From IMG/VR virus record IMGVR_UViG_3300045015_000053: a DNA stretch of 64,000 bases; one strand, given 5' to 3'. Source of the stretch: a virus (lineage: Duplodnaviria; Caudoviricetes). Every line of letters begins with the position of its first letter. The first letter of the stretch is position 1. The notes beneath the pieces are model-generated. The model searched no databases. It was not told where the DNA came from and saw only the letters and a program-made list of their open reading frames with translations. The position numbers were made by a program, and so were the translations under genes. Positions 16,978-25,815 of the stretch are shown piece by piece.

Positions 16978-17812
16978 CTACGGTCACGCAACGCTGGTTG
17001 ACTGCATGCCCCGTTTCGCGCCGGTCGGGTACACCGCCGACGCCGCCATCGTTCAGGCCGCTCGCGTTTCCTACGGCGACGGCACCAAGAAACTCTCCGA
17101 GGATCGCGGGCTGATCCGCTACCTGATGCGGCACAGTCACACTACGCCGTTCGAGATGGTCGAGTTCAAGTTCCACTGCAAGATGCCGATTTTCGTGGCG
17201 AGACAATGGATCAGGCACCGTACCGCGAACGTGAACGAGATCAGTGGTCGGTACTCGGTCATGAAGGACGAGTTCTACAAGCCGGACGCGGCCGGCATCC
17301 GCCGACAGTCCAAGACGAACAAACAGGGCGGCGACACGCCTATCGACTTCGATACCGCCGCCGACTACCTCGCGTATCTGGATGAGGTCTGCATCAAGGC
17401 GTACCAGACCTACGAGAAGTACATCGGCGAAGGTGTCAGCCGTGAGCAGGCGCGTATGATCCTGCCGCTCAACCTGTACACCGAGTGGTACTGGAAGATT
17501 GACCTCCACAACCTGTTCCACTTCCTGAGCCTCCGGTGTGACGCTCACGCACAGGAAGAAATCCGCGTCTTCGCCAACGCGATGCTAGAATTGATCAGCC
17601 CGCTCGTTCCGTACTCCGTCGAGGCGTGGAACGACTACCACTTCCGTCGTCAGGGACTGATCCTGACGCGGCTCGAAGTAGAAGCTCTCAGGAAGATGCT
17701 CGGTGATTCTACGCCGCTGCAAATCGAGAGCGACAACAGCCGCGAGAAGGAAGAGTGGAAAGGCAAACTGGCCCGTCTGGGGATACAAAAACCGTTCGAG
17801 GAGAAATCATGA
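16904..17812 (+). CDS. thyX: FAD-dependent thymidylate synthase
   Basis: AARVSY, RHSHTTPFE, ThyX motif RHRTANVNEISGRY, ARMILP, AQEEIR. Confidence 0.95.
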   Translation: MSENTTAEQYDVMTLLPNKTIKLLDYGHATLVDCMPRFAPVGYTADAAIVQAARVSYGDGTKKLSEDRGLIRYLMRHSHTTPFEMVEFKFHCKMPIFVARQWIRHRTANVNEISGRYSVMKDEFYKPDAAGIRRQSKTNKQGGDTPIDFDTAADYLAYLDEVCIKAYQTYEKYIGEGVSREQARMILPLNLYTEWYWKIDLHNLFHFLSLRCDAHAQEEIRVFANAMLELISPLVPYSVEAWNDYHFRRQGLILTRLEVEALRKMLGDSTPLQIESDNSREKEEWKGKLARLGIQKPFEEKS

Positions 17813-18261
17813 GCGAAAGAGCAGGCAAGTGGCAACTCGCGTTGTCCGTGCTGATTCTGTTGAGTGTCGGCTTCATCATCTACCGAAGCTTCCACCCGTT
17901 GGCGTTCTCAAGCGATTACTCGCCGACGAACGACCAAGTCACCACGGACATCATCGGGAAGTCCGTGGCCTTGCCACAAGGACAGGTCTGGGGGTTCAAC
18001 CCGGATCAACGACTCGATGTCAAGGTCATCGGCCGTCGTCAGGTTGATTACGACGGCGTCGTGGTGACAGTCGAACTGAACGCTTCGGTCAATTTCCCGC
18101 CCCCGCCAAAAGAAGGCCCGAACGCGCCGAAGGCGGGCGATCCGCCGCCGCCCAAGAAAGCGACATTGAGCGGGATGGCGAAGGTGTACTACGAGAGGCA
18201 CAACGGGGCGTGGTACTGTACCAACGTCGAAGGCATCAACCTAAAAGTACAGGCCGAGTGA
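17809..18261 (+). CDS. membrane-anchored hypothetical protein
   Basis: N-terminal hydrophobic segment (WQLALSVLILLSVGFIIY). Confidence 0.7.
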   Translation: MSERAGKWQLALSVLILLSVGFIIYRSFHPLAFSSDYSPTNDQVTTDIIGKSVALPQGQVWGFNPDQRLDVKVIGRRQVDYDGVVVTVELNASVNFPPPPKEGPNAPKAGDPPPPKKATLSGMAKVYYERHNGAWYCTNVEGINLKVQAE

Positions 18262-18464
18262 TGTGCGTCCGAACCTGCTACTACCTAGTTTGCACGAACT
18301 GTAACAATCAGTTCATCGACCGTCAGTACGGCTCGTACTTCAGCAGCGAGGAAGAGGCGAAAGAGCAGGCGAAGACGAGAGGATGGAAAACGGACCAGAG
18401 GGTCGAAAACGGGTCACTCTGGGACTTCTGTCCGAGATGTCAAAAAGAAAACCCCGGCGATTAG
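18261..18464 (+). CDS. small zinc-ribbon protein
   Basis: CTNC...CPRC. Confidence 0.65.
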   Translation: MCVRTCYYLVCTNCNNQFIDRQYGSYFSSEEEAKEQAKTRGWKTDQRVENGSLWDFCPRCQKENPGD

Positions 18465-18481
18465 GCCGGGGTTTTCTTTTT
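18442..18481. terminator. bidirectional intrinsic terminator
   Basis: AAAAAGAAAACCCCGGC/GCCGGGGTTTTCTTTTT stem between convergent genes. Confidence 0.88.
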
Positions 18482-18492
18482 GTTGCACTGGA

Positions 18493-18660
18493 TCAGCGAC
18501 GGATGTTCACGCGGGTGCCGCCGAACAAACCTTGACGAACGACCACGTTGTTTCCACCGACTTGGACGCGGTTGCCGAACAGACCCTGACGGACCACGAC
18601 GTTGTTGTTTCCAACGGCCACGCGGTTGCCGAACAGACCCTGACGAACGACCACGTTATT
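18493..18660 (-). repeat. three 54-bp tandem coding repeats
   Basis: GCCGAAC anchor at 18520, 18574 and 18628. Confidence 0.85.
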
Positions 18661-19350
18661 GCCGCCACCGACGACCACGTTATTGCGGCCGACTGCAACC
18701 ACGTTGCGACGAACCACAACCGGGTTGGCGACCGCAACTACGTTGCGACGGACCACGACGTTGTTGGCGAACGCTACGCGGTTGACCACGACGGCGTTGC
18801 CGAATCCGACGTGGCTCGCACCGAAGGTGCTGAAGCCGTAGTTCGGGGCTGCCGCGAAGGATGTCCCGTAGGTCGGGGCTGCGAAGGCCGTTCCATAGGT
18901 CGGGGCTGCGAAGCTGACTGACGGGCATGCCGGGGCTGCGAAAGGAGCGGCCATCGGGTAGTTCGGGGCTGCTGCGACCGGCGGGCATACGCAAGCCGGG
19001 GCTTCAGCCGCCGGTGGGATGTACGGGATCGGAGCCGCTGCTACCGGCTGTGCGCACGGGACCGGAGCCGCGAACGGAACCGGGACGGCGTAAGGGACTG
19101 CATACGGTACTGCTGCCACAGCTACGTTGTGGCCGTACCCGCCGAATGCGAAGTTGTTGTGCGACGAGAACGCTACGCGGTTCACGGCGACAACCGGGGC
19201 CGCAACAGCCACACGGCTGACGACGACGGCGTTGTTGTTACGAACGACGACTCTGTTGCCCACACGGAGGCCGTTGTGAGCCTGCGCCACCGATGCAGAT
19301 CCGAAGACCACCGCAGCGACCAGAGCTAGTGAGGCGAAAAGCTTCTTCAT
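18493..19350 (-). CDS. secreted low-complexity V/N/G/R/A/P repeat protein
   Basis: Signal peptide ending AQA; 18-aa repeats NNVVVRQGLFGNRVxVGx; only one acidic residue. Confidence 0.8.
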   Translation of the reverse strand: MKKLFASLALVAAVVFGSASVAQAHNGLRVGNRVVVRNNNAVVVSRVAVAAPVVAVNRVAFSSHNNFAFGGYGHNVAVAAVPYAVPYAVPVPFAAPVPCAQPVAAAPIPYIPPAAEAPACVCPPVAAAPNYPMAAPFAAPACPSVSFAAPTYGTAFAAPTYGTSFAAAPNYGFSTFGASHVGFGNAVVVNRVAFANNVVVRRNVVAVANPVVVRRNVVAVGRNNVVVGGGNNVVVRQGLFGNRVAVGNNNVVVRQGLFGNRVQVGGNNVVVRQGLFGGTRVNIRR

Positions 19351-19406
19351 AATTCTCCTTGTGTGAGTGAAGTTCTCTCTGAAGTTATGTATGCCGCTGC
19401 GGTCAA

Positions 19407-20180
19407 TTATCGACCGTTAAGCCACTCCCTCAGATACTGACGCTCCTCATCCGTGATTTTGTAATTCGACTGTTTCGGTGGCATTCTGCCTGCTTCCACC
19501 TCTGACAACATGGACTTGAACGGTGCGTCTGGGTTCAACACATTGTGCTGGTTGAAAATGACGACATCGCCTTTCGACCCCGGCCCAGTGTGACACGACA
19601 TGCAGTTACGCGCGAGTGCGTTAATAGACGGCTGTGCCAGCGGGCTACGCGGGTTCGGGCGAGAAGCGAGCGGCGGCTGCGGGTTGCCGGTATTGGTCGG
19701 AGCCGGGTAGATCGCCATCGGCGGTCCATCGTCTTCGCCGTTGGCGGCAGCGTCTTGACGACGCATTTCTTCGAGCAGCAATTTAGCCAGTTCCCTGAGC
19801 TTGTCGTTGCTGTTGAAGGCACCGGGGAAGCTCGGCTGAGGCTGTGCCGGCTGCTGGTACGGGCCGTGGTATTGCGGCATGCCCGGCATGGTCGGCTGAC
19901 CGCCGTATGAGTGATAGCCGAACCCCGGCTGAACACCTACTGGCGGAACGTACTGGTATGTGAAGGCCGGGACCACAATCGGCACAGCGACAGGAACGGC
20001 CACAGGGGTGATGATCTCGGTCGCGACCACATCGTGGTGCGGCTTGGTAACGACGACTGGGGCAGGGGTGCAGACGGTGTTGCCACGCACCACCACGCCA
20101 TTTCTGCATTGCGCGTTCACAGTGGAAGTGAACGCTAACATCAGGACTACGCCTGACAGCATTCCGATGAGTGTTCTCAT
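19407..20180 (-). CDS. secreted protein with a C-terminal cytochrome c domain
   Basis: Signal peptide; Pro/Val-rich linker; CMSCH heme motif followed by GRMPP (axial Met). Confidence 0.75.
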   Translation of the reverse strand: MRTLIGMLSGVVLMLAFTSTVNAQCRNGVVVRGNTVCTPAPVVVTKPHHDVVATEIITPVAVPVAVPIVVPAFTYQYVPPVGVQPGFGYHSYGGQPTMPGMPQYHGPYQQPAQPQPSFPGAFNSNDKLRELAKLLLEEMRRQDAAANGEDDGPPMAIYPAPTNTGNPQPPLASRPNPRSPLAQPSINALARNCMSCHTGPGSKGDVVIFNQHNVLNPDAPFKSMLSEVEAGRMPPKQSNYKITDEERQYLREWLNGR

Positions 20181-20209
20181 TTGTTCTCCTTCATAGGGGG
20201 ACACCCTAT

Positions 20210-21907
20210 TTACTTGTTTGGCGCTTTTTCTGGAACGACTACTCGTGGAACTTCTCCCGGCCTCAACTTCGAGGCCACCACGATCAACATGAAGTTCTGG
20301 AAAGATTCCTCGAACTGGTCACGTCTTACGGCTCTGATCGGCTTCCTAAGAAGGCCGAGCATTACCGGGTCGTTCGACAATTTCAACAGTGCGTCCAACT
20401 GCGGCATTGTCAGCGAACACTCTCTCGCAACGTCCTCTTTTGTGATCAGGTGTTCGATGTAGCCGTCGTAGATCTCGGCGTAGAACTTTGCATTTTGCGC
20501 CGGCTTCAGCCCGTTCGTCAGGCCGATAGCGTCGGCAAACAACTGCATGTCTTTCACCACCTGTTTGTCCAAATCGGACGAAAACAGGTCATCGATCTTG
20601 TAAGCATCTTTTTCTTTGGTTACCAACAACCGCACGCCGTCGTGATTCGGATTCCACCTGTTCAACGCACGCACTTCGTCGTCAATTGGTTTAATACCTT
20701 CTGCGTGGCAGATCATGCACGAGCGGCCGTTTCGCACCACACCGTCAACTGCGGTGCTGTCTTTTGCAATGTTGATAGGTGCCTCGTCCTGACGCTCGAA
20801 CTTGTTATTAGCCAAGAAGTAAGCTTGGAGTCCGTTCGGTAGAGAGCAAATGAACTCGCCCGCGTCGAATTTGTCATCGAGCAGGTGGGTGAGGGACTTG
20901 TTGCCCTTGATGCTGTTCAGTGTGTCGAAGGTTTCCCAGTAATAGCCGCCCGTGAACGTCGGGCTGCGTCTGGCGCGGCGGTTGTTGCGGGTGACGCCGG
21001 ACTGAATGATGACGGCGCGATCCTGACCGCGAGCTTCCTCGGCTTTCTTCGGGTCGGCGAACGCGAACTTCTCGAAGTCAGAGAGTTTGTCTCCCAGTTT
21101 CAGGAAGTTGTAGTAGGCCGGTGCGACCGTGGCGTAACAGATGAACCAGTCCGCACGCACGATGGGCGACTGCGACTGTGTCAACTTCATGAACTCGCCC
21201 ATGATGTCGGCTTGGAGCCACGGTGCGCTACCGAGTTTCTCCTTGACGTTTTTCAGGTTTACGGGAATTCTGACATCGACTTCTTCTTCGACCTCTTCGA
21301 TGACTTCTTCCGTGACTTTTCTTTTTTCGTAGTACGGCTGTCCGGTTCCGACGATGGTGCCTACCTGCACGTCCTTTTCGACCGTTTTGGTGACCTTCTT
21401 CTTGACGAGTTGTTTTCGTTTCTCGACTTTGTATTCGACTTCGGCCGAGTTGATCAAGAGGGTGTGGAAGTATGGTTCGGGGAACGGCCGGACACCGCTA
21501 CCTTCGAGGGCCAGTTTTTCCCACGCATCGTGAGGCCAGTCGTAATCTTTGATGTTGATACGGACAACGGTTTTGTCGCTCGCCCCGACGAAAACGGGGA
21601 TGTAGATCTTCTTTCGCGTGCTGAGTGAGTTGCACACGAACGAGAGGATCTTTGCGCAGTCGTCACGTTTCGCCGCCGGAACGTTGTAGAGGGAGAAATA
21701 CCTCATATTCGGCTGGAGTTCCGGTGGCAGGGTCTTTAGATCCGCCATCGCGAACAGCATCGAGCTTTCCGGGGTGTAGATTTTCTCTTCCACGATTGCG
21801 GCCGGCTGTTCAGGCACCGGCTGCGGGAACGGTGCTACTGGGGGTTGACCCAGTAGCACCGTTGCGAGGCCCAAAGACAGCAAAATGGCAAGAAATGGCT
21901 TTTTCAT
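20210..21907 (-). CDS. secreted protein with one CxxCH heme-c motif
   Basis: Signal peptide MKKPFLAILLSLGLATVLLG; GYYWETFD; SCMICHAEG. Confidence 0.72.
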   Translation of the reverse strand: MKKPFLAILLSLGLATVLLGQPPVAPFPQPVPEQPAAIVEEKIYTPESSMLFAMADLKTLPPELQPNMRYFSLYNVPAAKRDDCAKILSFVCNSLSTRKKIYIPVFVGASDKTVVRINIKDYDWPHDAWEKLALEGSGVRPFPEPYFHTLLINSAEVEYKVEKRKQLVKKKVTKTVEKDVQVGTIVGTGQPYYEKRKVTEEVIEEVEEEVDVRIPVNLKNVKEKLGSAPWLQADIMGEFMKLTQSQSPIVRADWFICYATVAPAYYNFLKLGDKLSDFEKFAFADPKKAEEARGQDRAVIIQSGVTRNNRRARRSPTFTGGYYWETFDTLNSIKGNKSLTHLLDDKFDAGEFICSLPNGLQAYFLANNKFERQDEAPINIAKDSTAVDGVVRNGRSCMICHAEGIKPIDDEVRALNRWNPNHDGVRLLVTKEKDAYKIDDLFSSDLDKQVVKDMQLFADAIGLTNGLKPAQNAKFYAEIYDGYIEHLITKEDVARECSLTMPQLDALLKLSNDPVMLGLLRKPIRAVRRDQFEESFQNFMLIVVASKLRPGEVPRVVVPEKAPNK

Positions 21908-21944
21908 TCTTTGTCTTTCCTCTGCGGCATTGGGCCGCATTCAC

Positions 21945-22625
21945 TCACAGCACAACGCCGGGGTGTACGTTTGGATCTACTGGTGCCGGGGCTGGTGTCG
22001 GGACCGGCATCGGCTCTGGGGACTTCGGGGTCAACGCCTTTGTGATCGCGTCGATCAATGCTTGCACCAACTGTGGCCCGTACTTCTGGATCAGGGACAG
22101 TAGCAGGTTTTGGATCGCGGGCATCAGAGCCTTGATGATCGACTGCCACACGTTCGGGTCGAGCTTCAGAGGCTCTGCGAACTTTTTGTCCGGCTCCACG
22201 CCGGTCACAGCCTTGATGATGGCATCGATCAGCATCTGAATCAACTGCGGGCCGTACTTCTCGATCAACTGCGGCAGCATCTTCTGGATGATTTGTTCCA
22301 GAAGCTGGCCGTCGAACAGTTTGCCGACGTTGGCGTCGATGACCGTGCCTTCGCCGACCACGATTCCGCTGTCGCCGACTGCGGCCATGCCCATCGGGGC
22401 CACTGACATATTCTTGTTGAACAGATCAGTCAAGAACTGGAGAACGGCCGGGCCGAGCTTGTTGAACGTGTCGAGAATCCACGCGGCGTTGAACCCGTTG
22501 CGTGCCGCCTCGATCATCAGGGCAAGCACGTCCGAGCCGTGCTTTTCGAGAATGTCGGCAACCGTGCCGCCATCGAATCCGAAATTCGCTGCGGATTCCT
22601 TCAGCGTTTCCACTGTGTCTGACAT
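21945..22625 (-). CDS. amphipathic helical-repeat protein with a Pro-rich tail
   Basis: Repeats LIEKYGPQLIQMLIDAIIKA and LIQKYGPQLVQALIDAITKA, plus two degenerate copies. Confidence 0.7.
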   Translation of the reverse strand: MSDTVETLKESAANFGFDGGTVADILEKHGSDVLALMIEAARNGFNAAWILDTFNKLGPAVLQFLTDLFNKNMSVAPMGMAAVGDSGIVVGEGTVIDANVGKLFDGQLLEQIIQKMLPQLIEKYGPQLIQMLIDAIIKAVTGVEPDKKFAEPLKLDPNVWQSIIKALMPAIQNLLLSLIQKYGPQLVQALIDAITKALTPKSPEPMPVPTPAPAPVDPNVHPGVVL

Positions 22626-22629
22626 AGTT

Positions 22630-22672
22630 TCACCTTTTCTAATAGAGTGTCACCTTTTCTAATAGAGTGTCA
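22630..22672. repeat. perfect 20-bp intergenic tandem duplication
   Basis: TCACCTTTTCTAATAGAGTG x2 plus TCA; covers the stop and RBS region on the - strand. Confidence 0.9.
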
Positions 22673-23500
22673 ACCGCTGACAACTGGTACGTCGTCTTCG
22701 GGATTCGAGTCTTGTGGATCGTCGTATGCCGACTGGATGGCAAATGCGTCCGGGTGCATCTGGTTGAAGTGTTCCCGACGCAGGTATGCGTACCCGCCGA
22801 TGCCGAAGTTTGTCCCCCACGAGTTCTGGATCTTGATCGTCCAGCCGTATCGCGGGTGCTGCTTGATGCCGACGCCGAGGATGCAGTGTCCCCCACCGCC
22901 GCTCCTGTAAAGAGGGCAGACGCCGTTGCTGTCTACGTTGGCAAAATCGTCGCCAACCATGATTCCGAGCGGGCAGCAGAAGCCGAGGTTGATGGCTTGG
23001 CAGATCTCGTCAAACGAGTTGCACTTGTAAGCCATGAACAGCTTGAAGCGGGCCGCTTGGTTGTACGCCTCTTGCGGGAACTGATTCTGGAACATCGCCC
23101 CACGCGGCAGAACCCCGTCTGGACAAGCTCCGTACCTCTTCAGCGACATCAAAGAACTGGAAATCATCGCGCCGGCATCGCGCCCGCCGTTGATCAGTCC
23201 GTAAATGAAGTAAGGGGTGAAGTTCTGAGTCGGGTTACCCTGCTGCTTCCAAACGAGTTCCATGCCGGACGCCGCGCCGTGGCCGACGCACGAAGACGTG
23301 CTGCCCTGGTTCAGAATCCTGTTGTTGTACACCGGGGCGAGGTCGATTTCCCTCAACGCCGCTTGCGCGAATACTTGCGAGCCGAAGTTGGCGAAGTCGT
23401 GGTTGTTGTCCGATGGGATGCAACCAAGAACGCGGTACTGCCCGTCGAATTTGATCGACGGCAGACGGCTGATCGATTTTGGTCCGATTCCGAATACCAT
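22670..23500 (-). CDS. papain-like cysteine peptidase (C1 family)
   Basis: QGSTSSCVGHG (Gln/Cys), GGHCIL (His), QNSWG (Asn). Confidence 0.9.
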   Translation of the reverse strand: MVFGIGPKSISRLPSIKFDGQYRVLGCIPSDNNHDFANFGSQVFAQAALREIDLAPVYNNRILNQGSTSSCVGHGAASGMELVWKQQGNPTQNFTPYFIYGLINGGRDAGAMISSSLMSLKRYGACPDGVLPRGAMFQNQFPQEAYNQAARFKLFMAYKCNSFDEICQAINLGFCCPLGIMVGDDFANVDSNGVCPLYRSGGGGHCILGVGIKQHPRYGWTIKIQNSWGTNFGIGGYAYLRREHFNQMHPDAFAIQSAYDDPQDSNPEDDVPVVSG

Positions 23501-23501
23501 G

Positions 23502-24239
23502 TTACCTCACATACTTGTTGATGATGGTGATCACGTCCTGCTCCGTGTTCGGAACGCCGAGTTCGGAGGTGTTCAGCACCTGTCCGCTGGCGCTTTGCAA
23601 GATCATCGTGGGTTGCCCCCCGTTCTTGTTCACAAGACCGTCAAGCTTCTTGGTGGCGACGGTAGGGTTGCTCTTGTCGTAAACTCTCAGGAACCCGCCT
23701 TTGTCCGCGATGGTCTTCCGCAGGCTGGCGTTGTTCAACAAAGCGGCCAGTTCCGGGGTCGCGTTGTTCAGATCGATCACGAAAGTCAGGTGGAACTTTC
23801 CTGCGACCGGCTGAGGCGGATTGGGGTTCGGGTTGGGATTCGGGTTCGGGTTGGGTGGTGGTTGGGGTCCGCTGACCACAACCGAAGTTCTGACGAACTC
23901 GGTTTGTTTGCCGTCAACCAGACCGATGGCAAAGACGTTCACGACCACGCCCGGCGTCGTAGGCACCGATACGATGATCGAGTTGTTCGTGTCGTTGGCG
24001 ACGAACTTGACTTTGACGTTGCTTATGACCAGCCACTTGACGGTTCCTTTGCATTTCGCGGTGATACTAACGAAGCCCTCGTCCGGCGCGACAGTTTGAT
24101 CGCCGGGGAGTTCGAGTCCTTCTACTTTGTTCACTGCCGCAGCCGGCAGCGGTGCGGCCGGTGGCTCTTGGGCGAAAGCGAGCGTTCCGGCACCAAGTAG
24201 CGTCAGAGCGAACAGAAAGGATCTGAGTCGTTTCATCAT
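23502..24239 (-). CDS. secreted protein with a PN-repeat linker
   Basis: Signal peptide ending AFA; beta-rich N-domain, PPPNPNPNPNPNPPQP linker, alpha/beta C-domain; AGGAGG RBS. Confidence 0.8.
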   Translation of the reverse strand: MMKRLRSFLFALTLLGAGTLAFAQEPPAAPLPAAAVNKVEGLELPGDQTVAPDEGFVSITAKCKGTVKWLVISNVKVKFVANDTNNSIIVSVPTTPGVVVNVFAIGLVDGKQTEFVRTSVVVSGPQPPPNPNPNPNPNPNPPQPVAGKFHLTFVIDLNNATPELAALLNNASLRKTIADKGGFLRVYDKSNPTVATKKLDGLVNKNGGQPTMILQSASGQVLNTSELGVPNTEQDVITIINKYVR

Positions 24240-24306
24240 GGGTTCCTCCTGTCGGGGTAATAACTGGAGTATCTATCCTCGTGAATCAGATTTGTCAGTG
24301 TTGGGC

Positions 24307-24315
24307 TGCTATAAT
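24307..24315 (+). promoter_or_regulatory. extended -10 promoter
   Basis: TGCTATAAT (TGnTATAAT). Confidence 0.6.
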
Positions 24316-24318
24316 GCA

Positions 24319-24477
24319 GTGTGCGGGTCGGTAATCCTGCACACCAACCGTCGATGTGTTTTCGGCGGGAGGCGTCACGGCTGAATGGCTGTGTTCGTCG
24401 TTGGTTCTCCTTGTCAGTTGCCGCCGATGGGCAACTGGAACGACCGGCGGGATGGCTCGCCGGTCGTTCTTTTTTTT
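24319..24477 (+). ncRNA. candidate structured small RNA or attenuator leader ending in an intrinsic terminator
   Basis: Five hairpins in about 155 nt, the last a 12-bp perfect stem plus T8; no credible ORF. Confidence 0.5.
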
Positions 24478-24492
24478 GACTATTATCTAGGT

Positions 24493-25815
24493 ATGGATAA
24501 AGTCTCAGAGATAATCGACAGGTTCATTCGCGCCGACCTCGCCAAGACCTGCACAGTATCCGTCGTCGGCGACGTGATGATTGACGAATACTACGACGTT
24601 TCGGTGGATCGGGTTTCCCCCGAATTTCCAATCAAGATCATGAAATCGCGGCACGACCGTTGCAGCCGGGTTCCCGGCGGCGCGGCGAACGTCGCGATGC
24701 AATTCACCAAGTTCAACACGCGGGTATATCTGACCGGCATCACAAGCCAGATTATGCCTTTGATGCCTCAGCGGTTCGTCAAGGAACACAGTCCCGTCGA
24801 TTGCGGTCTGCCGATCCCGATCAAGAAGAGGTTTTACCAGGGCGACTTCCCAGTGGCCCGTTGGGACGTGGAGGAAAAGTTCTACGGCATGGGTGCCGAC
24901 CACATCGGTTGGAAGTTCGATGATTTTGAACTCAAAGAATCGGATGTCACGGTTTTCAGCGATTACGACAAAGGGTTGTTTCACTCAGGTTGGCAAAAGA
25001 AGTTCCTGTCTGATCGCATTTCCATTGTGGACCCAAAGGGAGACTTGAGTCGGTGGTACGGCTGCACCGTTCTCAAACCCAACTCCGTCGAAGCCAAGCA
25101 ACTCACGGGCGAGGACGATTGGAAGCGACAGGCCGACAAGCTCCGAACGATTGTCGGGTGCCGGGACGTGGTGATTACGCAGGGAGACAAGGGGGTGTGC
25201 GGACTGACGCCCGAAGGCTATTTCGAGTACCAGCCGCCGCACAAAGTCGGAGCGAACAGTGTAATTGGGGCGGGGGACTGCTTCATCGCTTTCTTGGCGA
25301 TGGCGATAGCTCACGGGATGACCACGGCCGAGGCTTCGACGGTTGCGTTCGAGGCCGGCGCGATCTACGTTCAAAGAAAACACAACCGGCCGTTAAAGCC
25401 GGCCGAACTGTTGTCGAAACGTTCTGGCGAGCAGATCGTCTTTACAAATGGCTGTTTCGACATACTCCACGCCGGACACATCAGCACCCTCGAATTCGCT
25501 AAAAATCAGGGTGATATTCTTGTTGTCGGGGTGAATTCCGACGAGAGCATTCGACGCCTGAAAGGTGAAAAACGTCCCGTCAACAAACTCGAAGATCGGA
25601 TGAAAGTCTTGTCGGCGATGAAGTATGTGGACTGTGTGATCCCGTTCGACGCGGACACACCGCTCGAACTGATCAAATACGTCCGGCCGGATATTGTGGT
25701 CAAGGGAGGCGATTACAAACCGGAAGACGTGGTCGGAAATGAACTGGCCGAGGTGATTATCGCGCCGGTCGTGAGCGGGTTGTCCACGACCGGCTTGATC
25801 AGCAAGCTCACTTAG
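24493..25815 (+). CDS. hldE: bifunctional heptose-7-phosphate kinase / heptose-1-phosphate adenylyltransferase
   Basis: VVGDVMIDEY, RVSPE, PGGAANVA, SDYDKG, GAGDCF, then FTNGCFDILHAGH, VGVNSDESIRRLKG, VKGGDY, STT. Confidence 0.92.
   Translation: MDKVSEIIDRFIRADLAKTCTVSVVGDVMIDEYYDVSVDRVSPEFPIKIMKSRHDRCSRVPGGAANVAMQFTKFNTRVYLTGITSQIMPLMPQRFVKEHSPVDCGLPIPIKKRFYQGDFPVARWDVEEKFYGMGADHIGWKFDDFELKESDVTVFSDYDKGLFHSGWQKKFLSDRISIVDPKGDLSRWYGCTVLKPNSVEAKQLTGEDDWKRQADKLRTIVGCRDVVITQGDKGVCGLTPEGYFEYQPPHKVGANSVIGAGDCFIAFLAMAIAHGMTTAEASTVAFEAGAIYVQRKHNRPLKPAELLSKRSGEQIVFTNGCFDILHAGHISTLEFAKNQGDILVVGVNSDESIRRLKGEKRPVNKLEDRMKVLSAMKYVDCVIPFDADTPLELIKYVRPDIVVKGGDYKPEDVVGNELAEVIIAPVVSGLSTTGLISKLT

Noticed and set aside
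22640-22669. Resemblance of GGTGACACTCTATTAGAA to the SP6 promoter
   Set aside because: The match is imperfect, it arises at the junction of a tandem duplication, there is no second copy elsewhere, and no single-subunit RNAP is in view.
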